DNA from: Nemertoderma westbladi
Taxonomy: Eukaryota; Animalia; Xenacoelomorpha
Length of the DNA stretch: 33,135 nucleotides
Assembly: GCA_032718475.1 (NCBI GenBank)
Contig: JAUCBJ010000481.1
Location: 1 to 33,135 of the forward strand
Direction of reading: 5' to 3'
The notes under the pieces are model-generated. The model saw only the letters and a list, made by a program, of their open reading frames with translations, made no database searches and had not been told where the DNA came from. Shown here piece by piece: positions 23,001 to 32,507 of the stretch. Numbering within the stretch: the stretch's first letter is position 1; each line of letters starts with the position of its first letter. The position numbers were made by a program, and so were the translations under genes.

Positions 23001-26000
23001 ACGAAGCCGGTCCCTGTTATCCACATTGGATGACGTTAGGGAACTGATGGATGTGAAAGTGAATAACCTTACCAACGCGCAGTTAAAATCAGCGCTTTCT
23101 CTTTACAGAGAGGGAGATGACCCAGTACATGCTGCAATGGAGTCCAGAATAAACAATGGAACGGCACTGGTAAACAACACGCAATTTAACCAAATTCTTG
23201 ATGAGATACGGGCACTACGTGAAGAGGTGAAGGAAATCACCAGCCTAAAGCTCATGGTTGCTAGTCTGCAACACGAGTTGAACGGCACTATAACCACAAT
23301 CAGTAATCAACAAGCCTTTATCAATCGGATCGACAACAAAGAACGCGAACTGAATGTTATCATCTCGGGAATTCCGGAGCGTGCAATGTAGCAGGAAGGT
23401 AGCATCGAGGATGCTGATACTATAAAATTTATTTTGGATAAGATCGGCTGCTCAGATTGTGCGTCCAATCTGAGCGCGGATAATGTTAAACGTATAGGGC
23501 GACTAATAGAACCACAGGAAGTGGGACAGCAAGGGCGCGTGATACCCGTGAGCTTTGCCAACAAGTCGGATAGTAAACTCTCACGGCACAAGGTTACGCA
23601 ATATTAGCGAGAACACCGGATCCGCGGTTTTGAACCACTTGACAATTAATGACACCCAACTGGGTGGTGGTTTAACTTTCAGGAAAGGCAAGGTTTGGAC
23701 ATCCGAAATCGATTTAGGTATTGCCTCGTCTTCCTGTTTGCATATGATCTCCTCTCTCGAAGTGGACCACTCACAGTTGCCACCTGATCACGCACCACTT
23801 ATAGTATCGTTATCACCCCCTGACAACTACGCAAACCTCCCGCTTCTCCTGCCGCGCAGTAAAGATCTGGCGAAGTCATTGATCCTCGCCAGGACAACAC
23901 CGCTAGTAAAGGACCCAAGCACCAACAGACCAACACAGATTCATTTTCTGTAGCAATCGATCCACCGGTAGTTTCATACGAATCCATGAGTCTGGGTGAC
24001 ATAGAATCCATAATCAACTCTTCGACTACAGCGATAAATCAGACAGCCCGAGAGAACAAACTTCACCACCCAAGCCCTTCCAGCGAGTCAGACGATAACC
24101 CAGAATTATCTTGGTGGGTGAAGATTTTAAATGGTAACGACCCGAAGATAATCTGGCGGTCCATCAATTGGAAAGGGGAGTACAACACAATGATAACAGA
24201 CTCAGACAAGGTGAAGTCCGAACCGTCGGAAACAGAGTTCAAAGGTCACTTTGAGCGTTTACTGTACGAACCAGATGAAGAGATCTCAAGCAGCACCATT
24301 GCTCAAGAGTTTGACTCAGCGCCCTCAATCCCTATACTAGACGACCACTTCTCTGAAAAAGAACTCGCCGACGTTATGAGTAATATAAATATTTTGAAGA
24401 GTAGCATCTGTATAAGCATAGGCCTTTTTCTAGCACTGCCCGGTAATTGGTTAATATTGTTCCTGAGTTTATTTAACTGTATATTTCAAATGTCCTTCTA
24501 TCCGCCCTGGGGGGTCAACAAGCTAATAGTTTTATTTAAGAGGGCTGGCTCAACATTAATGTGCGATAACTACAGAGGTATCTCCATAATGGATTCACTA
24601 GCAAAAATATATGACCTATTAATTAACCGCAGGCTAATGAGGTGGGGCAAATTACACAGCTGCCAAGCAGGTGGTCTTCCTGGCCACAGCTGCATCGAGC
24701 AGATAATAACCTTACGTTTATTTATAGATTTATGTATTTTTAAGAAATATAAGCTTTTAGTGATTTTTATTGATTTTAGCAAGGTGTATGATAGGGTTCT
24801 GTGACTAGCTATGTTGAAACAATTACAGTCGCTAGGATGCAGTAAAAAGATGCTATTAGCAATACTTTCTATGTATAGTTGTACCAAGGCAATATTTAAA
24901 TCGGCACTAATCTGTATCACTATATAGGAGTACGACAAGGTACACCTACTAGTATTATTTGATTTTGTCTTTATCTGGAACGGATAGTACAAATGGTTAA
25001 AAGTGCAGTTAGTTCGGACGGTTTTATAGGCGCAATCGATATTTTATTACTTATGGATGATACAGTAATTCTATCATGTTCTATAATTAATTTACAGAAG
25101 AAGATTGACAAACTGTGCCAATTTTGTAAAATTTCAGGTATGCGAGTAAACATGGAAAAAACCAAATTTATGGTCTTTAATGGCTCGGATTCCGACCGTG
25201 ATCCCTTTTATTCAGGTGACATTATTTTTAACCACTGTACAGAGTACACATACTTGGGGTCTATATTTACAGAAGACGGTAAAATGACATCTGTATTTAA
25301 ATTATTGGAACATAAATTTGAAGAATTTAAAATTATGAATAAAATAAGAGTAATCAAAGGAAAAACTGACATGGCTATACACAATACACATACCATCGCA
25401 AGTGGCCCCATCTCCAGAATAGCCAGGATGACAAGTGCAAGTAAATCCACCTTCATTATTGTCGCAGTCAGCATTGATATCACAATTATGGGTTCCGTCA
25501 CTGCATTCATCGTCATCTGAAACAGAAGTATAAAGCATCAAAATATTCGTTCTTATATAAGAAGAAAATATAAAATGAATTTGTCTGAAAAAAATGTCGA
25601 TTACATCACCTTTTGTAAAATTGCAGAACTTATTTTAAATTACAAAATAAATATAACAATCTTACCGTTGCAGGTTAACCCATCTCCATGGTACCCATCA
25701 TTACAGTTACAATCAAAACTTCCCGGAATATTGGTACACGTCGCATCGGAATCACAGTTTTGAGAACCATCAGCACATTCATCATCATCTAAGTAAACAA
25801 TTGATAAGATATGTAGTGAATCGGACTTAATATTAAATCATAGAACTGCAGAACATTTTCCAACTGAATATCATCTTGTCTGCAGAAGTAAAAGTCAGTC
25901 TCCGTTTAACTAGACTCTTCAGAAGCCCACCACTAGCTGATCTGCCTAGAAAAAACCCAAGTGTGGAGGAGGAATGAAATATTGTGGTCTCCAACAGGTA

Positions 26001-28528
26001 TTACACATGGGTCGCTGAAGAAAAGGATCACTGTCGGAGGTACACACACTTTCTGAATGCTTCCAGTTACACAGCCAATGACAGTGTATAGCATTTTCTC
26101 TCAAAGAATGGTGAAAAGATCCCATTGTCAGACCGTATTCCAAACTTATAGAAGTTGTTAAGCTGAAGTCCAACAGGTGCATAGATTGTGGAAATCCAAT
26201 TAGTTCGTGCCACACCCATCAGCAGGTTGATACAACCAATCTGCTGCAGCATTATAAACAATTAATCATCTCACTGTTAGAAAGAGTCAATCAACTTCTC
26301 TAAGTATGTAAATAGTTATGATACAGCTAAATATACAAACAAAAGTTGCTATACACATACCATCGCAAGTGGCCCCGTCTCCAGAATAGCCAGGATGACA
26401 AGTGCAAGTAAATCCACCTTCATTGTTGTTGCAGTCAGCGTTGATATCACAATTATGGGTTCCATCACTGCATTCATCGTCATCTGAAACAGAAGTATAA
26501 AGCATCAAAAGAATCACCGGTAAGAATATGGGGTGGGATAGCTCAGTCGTTTTAGGATCAACTACCTGGACTCCCCAACATGGCGTTCAAGCTGAGTGGA
26601 CCCCGCCAGGGTCCACTCAGCCTTTCATCCACTGGGGTCAACAAAATGAGGACCAGTTAAATTACTGGGAGCAAACAAGGGATAGGAGTAGTGCCCACCC
26701 CTACCTAAAGTACAAGTCATTTTCTTTGAAAGAAGACGAATGCATCACTTTTTATAAATTTCCATTAATGATTTTAAAATATAAAATAATATAACAAAAA
26801 ATTCACCCCATCGCCATGGTACCCATATCCATTATGTACTTGTACTTGTAGCATCCTGGAATGTTGGACAAATATGAGAACCATCTGTGCATTCATTGAA
26901 ATATAAGTAAATAATTGATAATAAATCGGACTTCCTATTAAAAGTCAGGAGGTTGTTACAACCAGTTGCCCCTAATTCCTATTCTCGATGCAGACTAGGA
27001 TAAGGTAGGCCACTTAACCTAAACAATCATCCCCTCCCCAGCCACCTATGTTCTGGTACGGTTTTATTTTAACATTTCCAAGTTTTTTGATTGTATATTC
27101 AACGGGATCAACACGATTTTCTTGCAATTCATGGGGACTGGAATGTCTCTTTGTTTCTCAGATCAAGTATTCCTTGGGGGGGGGGGGGGGGGGGGGTAGA
27201 GAGCAACCGTGACAAACACAATTTTTAAATTTTGCAGGATTTCACCATTGCAAATAAACTGTTTTCAGTTGGCACATCGTTTCAGAAGAAACATTGTAAA
27301 ATGTTTATCAATTCAGGCTCCAGTGCCCAGTGGTCCTATCTATGTCTCGGAGTGCTCACACCTTATTCTCATTAAATTCATCTTATGCATAATTGTGGTT
27401 GGCTATATTCTACGATCATCATAATGATGGTGGGGTGATGGTAACTCCACCTACTGGCTCCAGAAGTCGAGGAGATCCACCTGACTGATCTAACTGCAAG
27501 TACCTAGGAGTCCAATGGCTCCTCAGCTCATTAGAACAAGCTGCTTCTAGTGTTGGTTTTTTTTGTTAACTCCAAAAAGACCACAATTTTGACAGTTAAC
27601 TTTGAAAGTCCACAGCAAATCTCTGATTGGATGAGCATAAGCTCAAAGCATGTGAACGACTTCTGTTACCTAGGACCATGCAACAATTTTCATCAGCGCA
27701 ATTTGTGAATGTTTCCACTTATGCATCCAAGCTAAGTGAGTACCATGAGTACCATCTGGAATACCATTTGGATCTTAGATATAGATGACTGAAGGTCAAG
27801 GCATGGTCTGCATGGCATAAATAAACTATCAAGGTGTGGAAATCACCTGGAATCAAAAGCTAAATTTATTCCGAGCATCAGTAGTGCCTTTACTGTTCTA
27901 TTATATATGAATTAACTTTATCTATCATTATAAAATTTCCAGGAATAATATTTCATTAAAAGAATTATTAATATATTTATATACAATTTTAATCTACCTT
28001 CACATTTGTATGGACTGGATGTTGGTGAGTACCCAGGTCTACAATCACATTCGTAGCTTCCTGGTGTGTTTCTACATTCAGTAGTCGCATCATCGCAATC
28101 ATTAGTCCCATTTAAACATTCGTCTAAATCTGTGAAAAATAATATTGGGAAAATATAGCAATTTGTGTCAACATCTAATCTATTTGATCATAAATAAATA
28201 GTATATTGAAGAAATAAATTATATAGACCTGCAAGATATATAGGACATCCAAATGTATAGGATGTAATATATATAATATATAGGATGATTGGGTTCATAC
28301 AATTATACATTACACATAAATATGTAAAATATAGGTCACCTTGTATCAACCTAAAGTTCAAAATCAACAAAACTAGAGGTAACAAACAATTAATAATTAT
28401 CTTACCATAGCAGTTGACACCATCACCCTGGTAACCAGTGTTACAACTGCAATCAAAACCAGCAGTTGTGTCGGTGCAGGTGGCGTGAATGTGACAGTTA
28501 TGTGTGCCATCCGAGCACTCATCATCCA
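1860..28528 (-). CDS. Partial multi-exon gene: extracellular protein with tandem Ca-binding EGF domains, PTS mucin-like linker and WxxW domains (14 exons visible; gene extends beyond the outermost exons at both ends)
   Basis: 14 exons with AG/GT boundaries, all phase 1-1 and lengths divisible by 3, join into one open frame. cbEGF consensus D-x-D-E-C with 6 Cys; WxxW motif 'W(S)QWYDRDxPxxTGDWE...DYEVRFCCP'. Confidence 0.9.
2255..2520 (-). mobile_element. Degraded 3' fragment of the RTE-clade LINE
   Basis: HNHVLCQPHGENKHGG...MTFLKRLLK matches the C-terminus of the 12821-14029 copy. Confidence 0.8.
2584..2967. repeat. 64-bp tandem repeat x6 overlapping an exon end and splice donor
   Basis: ACTAAC recurs at 2633, 2697, 2761, 2825, 2889 and 2953; units are nearly identical. 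Confidence 0.95.
2959..3081 (-). CDS. Exon: WxxW domain 2, N-terminal half (EYIQQECLGPWSQWYDRDDPTATGDWEDLNSLLTTNSDAEE)
   Basis: 123 bp, tacAG acceptor, GTTAGT donor. Confidence 0.9.
3246..3428 (-). CDS. Exon: WxxW domain 1, C-terminal half (WFEYYNCLKPEYSEART...CLDYEVRFCCP)
   Basis: 183 bp, cacAG acceptor, GTAGG donor. Confidence 0.9.
3663..3779 (-). CDS. Exon: WxxW domain 1, N-terminal half (DSSQCNGPLSQWYDRDNPSGTGDWETLSTLLSSNSQAKQ)
   Basis: 117 bp, cgcAG acceptor, GTTAGT donor; paralogous to 2959-3081. Confidence 0.88.
4327..4522. repeat. 15-bp minisatellite (CCGGACAATTGGGAT) ~13 copies
   Basis: Direct inspection. Confidence 0.95.
5142..5480. repeat. 15-bp minisatellite (GGACAATTCGGTCCC) ~22 copies interrupting the LINE
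   Basis: Direct inspection. Confidence 0.95.
5673..5707. repeat. (TAGCG)7 microsatellite
   Basis: Direct inspection. Confidence 0.9.
7251..7433 (-). CDS. Exon: Thr/Pro-rich mucin-like linker (VIEPTSTTPIQTTPHDYTTPETAQTTPLETTTYPIGTSYQTTVPTEETTYLTTTITTTPPP)
   Basis: 183 bp open frame between gttttAG and GTATG, phase 1-1; absent from ORF track. Confidence 0.85.
7725..7856 (-). CDS. Exon: cbEGF domain type Z (DIDECSDGTNTCDDATTECRNTPGSYECDCRPGYSPTSNPHECE)
   Basis: 132 bp, ttccAG acceptor, GTAGA donor. Confidence 0.9.
7971..8897. repeat. 39-bp minisatellite (CATCACGCACTCATGTTGGGAATAGGAAGTCCTGGAGCT) ~24 copies, intronic
   Basis: Direct inspection; unit length divisible by 3 explains the overlapping long ORFs. 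Confidence 0.95.
9240..9362 (-). CDS. Exon: cbEGF domain type X (DDDECSDGTHNCDINANCNNNDGGYTCTCHPGYSEDGATCD)
   Basis: 123 bp, tttcAG acceptor, GTATG donor. Confidence 0.9.
9471..9593 (-). CDS. Exon: cbEGF domain type Y (DDDECTDGSQNCDSDATCTNIPGSFECNCNDGYHGDGLTCN)
   Basis: 123 bp, tacttAG acceptor, GTAAG donor. Confidence 0.9.
9750..9872 (-). CDS. Exon: cbEGF domain type X
   Basis: 123 bp, tttcAG acceptor, GTACG donor. Confidence 0.9.
10020..10290 (-). mobile_element. Probable tRNA-derived SINE
   Basis: B-box-like GGGTTCAATTCTC near the minus-strand 5' end; higher-GC ~270-bp block in an AT-rich intron. Confidence 0.5.
11400..12000 (+). mobile_element. Highly degraded Ty3/Gypsy pol remnant
   Basis: QLAYNDSIKSKLD*MVSNGIIVPITEP resembles the Gypsy RT N-terminus; downstream DPLAPYWQL resembles the pre-integrase region. 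Confidence 0.55.
12773..14552 (-). pseudogene. Nested pseudogene of a small signal-peptide, Cys-rich protein, split by the RTE insertion (pieces 14030-14552 and 12773-12820)
   Basis: MEKSYRCVFVLLCAALQLTICTAA signal-like start; Cys-rich segments (CINAAEPCLDYNQEDC, CEVQCCEGTCP) across frameshifts and stops; reading frame continues across the rejoined insertion site. Confidence 0.5.
12821..14029 (+). mobile_element. 5'-truncated RTE-clade non-LTR retrotransposon with uninterrupted 387-codon RT reading frame and (TAG)n tail
   Basis: FADFFKAFDSV, GVIQGDTLAPFLF, DLDFADD, FCYLGS, LLYGSPCW, FAGHCFR; short 3' UTR ending in (TAG)5. Confidence 0.92.
14621..17740. mobile_element. Putative piggyBac-like non-autonomous element (~1.1 kb) interrupted by a LINE
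   Basis: Starts TTAACCCTATTA and ends TAATAATGGTTAA (imperfect TIR, TTAA at both ends); internal duplicated blocks at ~14927 and ~15226. Confidence 0.45.
15613..17634 (-). mobile_element. 5'-truncated LINE with 584-aa RT ORF (15848-17602), C-terminal CCHC knuckle after a frameshift, and TSD
   Basis: KACGPD, NYRGIALL, FIDFRKAFD, GILQGDCLSP, FFADD, YLGV; CKYCSGPCDHRYHALNC in an alternate frame; TSD TGCGTTTCCGTT(T)GATA at 15596-15612 and 17635-17650. Confidence 0.92.
18122..18385 (+). mobile_element. Internal fragment of the RTE family with an (AAGA)n expansion
   Basis: Aligns to ~13370-13600. Confidence 0.85.
19966..20270 (+). pseudogene. Harbinger Myb/SANT-like DNA-binding ORF remnant
   Basis: MSEEKRKRGKTWP*AAKLHLVEIYEQYHELL...LMKKIENLRYDTRK...HITGG; stop and frameshift. 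Confidence 0.7.
20279..21212 (-). pseudogene. Harbinger (HARBI1-like) DDE transposase remnant
   Basis: EFYHRYRFSKESF, VAIALRFF..ASGSF, YSLNVQAIC, YNTAHNKTRSIIERTFGRLKRRFHCL, CAIIHNF; internal deletion and SINE insertion. Confidence 0.9.
20765..20938 (+). mobile_element. 5'-truncated SINE inserted in the Harbinger transposase
   Basis: TGTGTCCCTAGGCAAGCACTTT core, AAAGCGCTTTGAG...AAAGCGCTATATAAAT tail ending (ATT)n; candidate TSD TAAAGAA (20758-64, 20939-45). Confidence 0.75.
22975..25300 (+). mobile_element. Degraded LINE: coiled-coil ORF1, partial APE endonuclease, RT
   Basis: RELNVIISGIPE (ORF1); TFRKGKVWTSEIDL...PDHAPL (EN); NYRGISIMD, FIDFSKVYDRV, LLMDDTV, YTYLGS (RT); stops and frameshifts. 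Confidence 0.88.
25394..25516 (-). CDS. Exon: cbEGF domain type X (DDDECSDGTHNCDINADCDNNEGGFTCTCHPGYSGDGATCD)
   Basis: 123 bp, tttcAG acceptor, GTATG donor. Confidence 0.9.
25666..25788 (-). CDS. Exon: cbEGF domain type Y (DDDECADGSQNCDSDATCTNIPGSFDCNCNDGYHGDGLTCN)
   Basis: 123 bp, tacttAG acceptor, GTAAG donor; not in ORF track in this frame. Confidence 0.9.
26361..26483 (-). CDS. Exon: cbEGF domain type X (DDDECSDGTHNCDINADCNNNEGGFTCTCHPGYSGDGATCD)
   Basis: 123 bp, tttcAG acceptor, GTATG donor. Confidence 0.9.
26528..26715 (+). mobile_element. tRNA-derived SINE
   Basis: A-box-like TAGCTCAGTCG, B-box-like GCGTTCAAGC, SINE core-like ACTCAGCCTTTCATCC..GGGGTC..AAAATGAG. Confidence 0.7.
26800..26902 (-). 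pseudogene. Decayed pseudo-exon of cbEGF type Y
   Basis: Similar to 9471-9593 and its flanks (ccatggtaccc, ggaatgttgg, tgagaaccatc, aatcggacttcc, ggaggttgttaca), but with indels, acceptor AG changed to AT and donor missing. Confidence 0.75.
27330..27900 (+). mobile_element. Degraded internal fragment of the RTE family
   Basis: Aligns to ~13030-13580 with deletions (e.g. ACTCCACCTACTGGCTCCAGAAGTCGAGGA). Confidence 0.85.
27998..28129 (-). CDS. Exon: cbEGF domain type Z (DLDECLNGTNDCDDATTECRNTPGSYECDCRPGYSPTSSPYKCE)
   Basis: 132 bp, tttcacAG acceptor, GTAGA donor; not in ORF track; paralogous to 7725-7856. Confidence 0.9.
28406..28528 (-). CDS. Exon: cbEGF domain (DDECSDGTHNCHIHATCTDTTAGFDCSCNTGYQGDGVNCY)
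   Basis: 123 bp, ttctaatAG acceptor, GTAAG donor. Confidence 0.9.
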
Positions 28529-29229
28529 CTATTAGAAACATAATATTATTATGTAACCATTAAAAGCGACTGATATCTATATGCGCTACCAAAATTTCAA
28601 TTAAAAATGACACAACTAACAGAAACAGAAAGTACAAAAAAAATTCCAATAAAATGAAAATGTCTAAGTGTGGAAGTAGGTCTTGAACGCTGCTTGTCCT
28701 ACGTTAAATAATACATTGCACAGAAATTAATATCGAATAATAAAGTATTAAAAAAACATTAAATTTAAATGGCAATCCCCGACCCCATAAATCCTAGCCA
28801 CACCCCATTTTACCACATCATCCCTTTCCCATGCCCTAAAGGCAGCAGCCCTCGACTAGCTTTGCTATTGACTGCTGCCATGACTAGATTCAACCAAACC
28901 TTAAAACTGACATCGGAAATGAAATCAGCAACCCCGAAAACCCCTGTAATGAAAATTTTAACTTGGTGGTGTGTTTCCTTCGTGCCACCAATGATTAACC
29001 AACCAGATCACAGACAGCCAGGAAGGGTGGGAAGGTTTATATTCGAAGGCAATTATCTCGGAATGACATTTTTCAACATTTGTCATCCAAGTTTCTTTAT
29101 ATTTAGCTCATTTGAAAGGGAGTGTTCAATTGAATTGGATTGTGGTATCAATTGAACCGCTCATTACCTATATACTGATATTTTTATTTGAATTTGATTG
29201 GACTTTATTTTATATAAAACTGTTAAACC

Positions 29230-31785
29230 GATATACTGTGAACTATGTAGTGCAGACTCAACAATGTCTTGCAATGGTATTCCGACACACAACCACTACT
29301 CCGAACTTGCCAAGTCAATCGAGGCAACTAGAGAAGCCTTCAATGATAAGGGATATTCCATCAATGACAGCATAAAGATTGAGGATCAAGGGTTTCATAA
29401 AGATGAAATCCTGGCTAACCTGCCAGCGATAATCAATGTACAAAGTCGCAAATCTCTACCCGGAAACACTGGCTGCAATAAGATCGCTTGATCCCTCATA
29501 GAAAGAATATCACAGCAAGTTTACAAGGGCGTCAACCATGATATCAAGAATCTCTGAGACATGCTGAATAAGTCGATGGAGGTTCTAAACAAACTAAATA
29601 ATCATATCAAGGATACAGATACAGTGTTGGATAATCTCGAGCAGTATTCGAGAAAGAACTGCATTCTCATCAACAGCATTTGTCTGGCATCTGATACAGA
29701 TGATGTTAATGAACCTGTGAGATATCTTACGGCATTTCTGAAAGAGTAATTAAACCTTGATATATCTCACGTGGAAATCAATGACTGTCATACCTTAACA
29801 CTTAAATAAATATTATAGTTGAGCTGTTGTAGGCCGGTGTCAGGGGAGAGTGGCTGAACCTATTAGCACTACTAAAGAAGCCTGATAGGCCAAAACATAC
29901 GTATAGCGCTGGTTTAACCCCTGGTGTGACGCGTTTCTCATTTTATCAATTTCAGAACAACTTATTACAATATCATAACTACGAGCCAGAGAATGGAAAC
30001 CAAACCAACAAAACAGAAATGTGTCAGAAACCGCAAACATCTAAAGGGGACAAACATAGTCATAACCGAGAGCCTCACAAAACGTCATGCGGTTCTCCTG
30101 AAGGCAGCAAAGGATAAGAGAGAAATCAGATCAGCATGGTCAATGGATGGGCGGATACTGGTGGCCATATCCAATGGTAGGCCCATGCAAGTGTCCACAA
30201 TGAAAGATTCCAAAGCATGGTCTCCACCAACATCACCCCTTTGCAGACGATTATAACACAGATTTTGTATCAGTCCTATGGAGGGACCTACGAAGTAAAT
30301 CGGACTCCCCTGTGGAGTCGCTGTTCGTTGAAATTACATTAATTAATTACATCAATAATTATATTGCCAGTGTTTTATATTGACCACCCGGAATTAGTGC
30401 TTCTGATGCAATAAGTACACTTAATCTCATTCTAACAAAACTAAGTAACAAAGACAAACCACATTTTCTACTAGGCACTTCAACATCGACTTACTAAAGA
30501 CTAGCTCCAACCCAATTACCAGTGACTTTTTTAACTTTAGGTCAACCTTCAATTACATCCATACAATATCTAAACCAACCCGAATAAACGACCACTCTGC
30601 TACTCTTATAGACAATATATTTACAACACAGACTCTAACCTCAAATAGGGTATACTGATATCACCAATATCTGACCACCTCCCAATAGTTTTACTTACTG
30701 ACATTGTTACCACACAGAAATCAAAACGGCAATATATTTTCCAGTGAAAACTAAATGATAAAATCAAGCAATGAAATTTAAAAGTCTACAAAATACAGGC
30801 TGGACTGAAGTATACACTAAGAATTCTGAAGACAATGCTTATGATGCATTTATAACTATCTATAAACGACAATTCGATATCAACTTCCCTCTAGAACTAA
30901 GTAAGGTGCGAAATGTATAGGAACCATGGTTTACAGACACATTATACAAAGCACAAAGAAAACGGGAAGAGACTCTATGGAAATTATATTAAACATCCAA
31001 CAGCAGAAAAATTACTAAAATTTAAAACATACATAAACCTATTCAACAGCATACTACGAACACCTAAGAAAGACTTCTACAGTGAAGCACTGGATTTCAA
31101 AACGGAGACAACAAGAATAGTATGGAAACATATAACAGTGCTCCTTCAAAGACAACCTAAACAATCCACACATCACTGATAATCAACAACAATCGCACAT
31201 ACACAGACCATATGGAGATTACTAACTGTTTCAATAGTCATTATCAAACTGTAATGCTTGAGCATGTGGATGACTTCTGTTATCTGGGTTCATGGATCTG
31301 GAAGTCAGGTGAAGACCTTCGAATACACAAGGGAAAGGCATGGGCAGCCTTGAATAGGCTTTCCAGGATTTGGAAGTCACATAATTAATTGGAAACTTAA
31401 GGTCCGATTATTTAGAGCAGCAGTAGTTCCAGAACTCCTCTATATGGGAGTCCATGCTGGGCTCTAACTGCTGAGGACACCGAATCTCTGGATGGCACAT
31501 TCACAAGAATGCAACGCCTTGAAGATGCAGATGATCTAGCAAATGTCATGGGTGATAGGGAGTTGTGGCAGCGCAATTTAGTTGACAAGACGGCACAGCA
31601 TTCTTTAAAATACAGCTGCAATGCAACATGCTGATCCTAGTAGTAGTAGTAGTAGTATCAAACTGTATGTATTATACAAACAGATTCCAAAACCAAATGT
31701 ATCTCATCTAGACTACCTCCAATACACAGAACTATCCGAAAAACTACTCACCTTCCCATTACCCCTCAAGAAATAATACACAGAT
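29230..31785 (+). mobile_element. Degraded CR1/L2/Crack-group LINE (ORF1, endonuclease, start of ORF2 linker)
   Basis: LEQYSRKNCILINSI, IVITESLTKR, AWSMDGRI (ORF1); KPTRINDHSATLIDNIFT and ISDHLPI (EN). Confidence 0.85.
31254..31655 (+). mobile_element. 5'-truncated, internally deleted RTE copy nested in the LINE, with TSD
   Basis: Matches ~13390-13660 joined to ~13890-14029; (TAG)6 tail; 12-bp TSD TATCAAACTGTA at 31242-31253 and 31656-31667. Confidence 0.92.
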
Positions 31786-31829
31786 CGCGTGAATGCTTGG
31801 AGTGTGTAGATCTGCCATAATGGTTTGTT

Positions 31830-32300
31830 TTCAAGAATTTGGTTTGCTGCGCATAACAACTAATATTAGTGATGATGAACTACATACTTAAATTTCTGAG
31901 ATCAATGTGAAGTTTCCACATGCTGGATGTTGGATGGTCCATTCTCTATTAAAGAAAGGCTCAGAATATCATAGTCGGGTTAAATCGTATTTATAAAATG
32001 TTAAGGGATGTCGATCCTATAATGTTGGCAGCCCACTGGGGAGAAATGATGTCGAACTGATGTCGAAAATGCTCCTAAAGAGTGCCACCAGCCTTTGGCA
32101 TATGGATGGACACCATAGTTTAAAAAGATGGCGAATCATTGTTTACAGGTGTATTAATGGATTTTCCCAACTAATAAAATACCTGGAAGCGTCAAGAAAT
32201 AACCAAGCTGATATTGTAAGAATGGTTTGCCTTCACGCGTTCGAGGAGATAAAGGGTGAGAAAACCGCGATGTTGGGAAATCTGGTGTCTAGAAATATTC
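31830..32300 (+). pseudogene. Integrase-core DDE transposase remnant (IS3/IS481-related eukaryotic type)
   Basis: NISDDELHT*ISEINVKFPHAGCWMV, SLWHMDGHHSLKRWRIIVYRCINGFSQLIKYLEASRNNQA, and after a frameshift PSRVRGDKGE. Confidence 0.75.
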
Positions 32301-32507
32301 AAAACTTACACACTATCCAATACAATGGAGAGACGCCCCCCTATCCGGATGCTGCTGATGGATGCTAAAATAGAGTACTGCATTGACTATTTCTAAAATC
32401 ATTACTAAAATTTCTAAAATACTATTGAACCACAAAATAGATAGATAGATAGAAATAATAGTTTGAAATAAAAGTTTGATAATAAGTGCTAATATACAAA
32501 ACAGTAT

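Noticed and set aside
24993-25520. 175-aa ORF as an RT fusion protein
   Set aside because: A truncated LINE frame running by chance into the antisense strand of an EGF exon
25830-26290. Possible integrase remnant (FGIRSDNG)
   Set aside because: One short motif with no supporting catalytic context
26528-26600. tRNA gene
   Set aside because: Only A/B-box-like motifs followed by a SINE body; no complete cloverleaf
28769-29155. 128-aa ORF
   Set aside because: No recognisable domain or splice support; likely a non-coding repeat fragment
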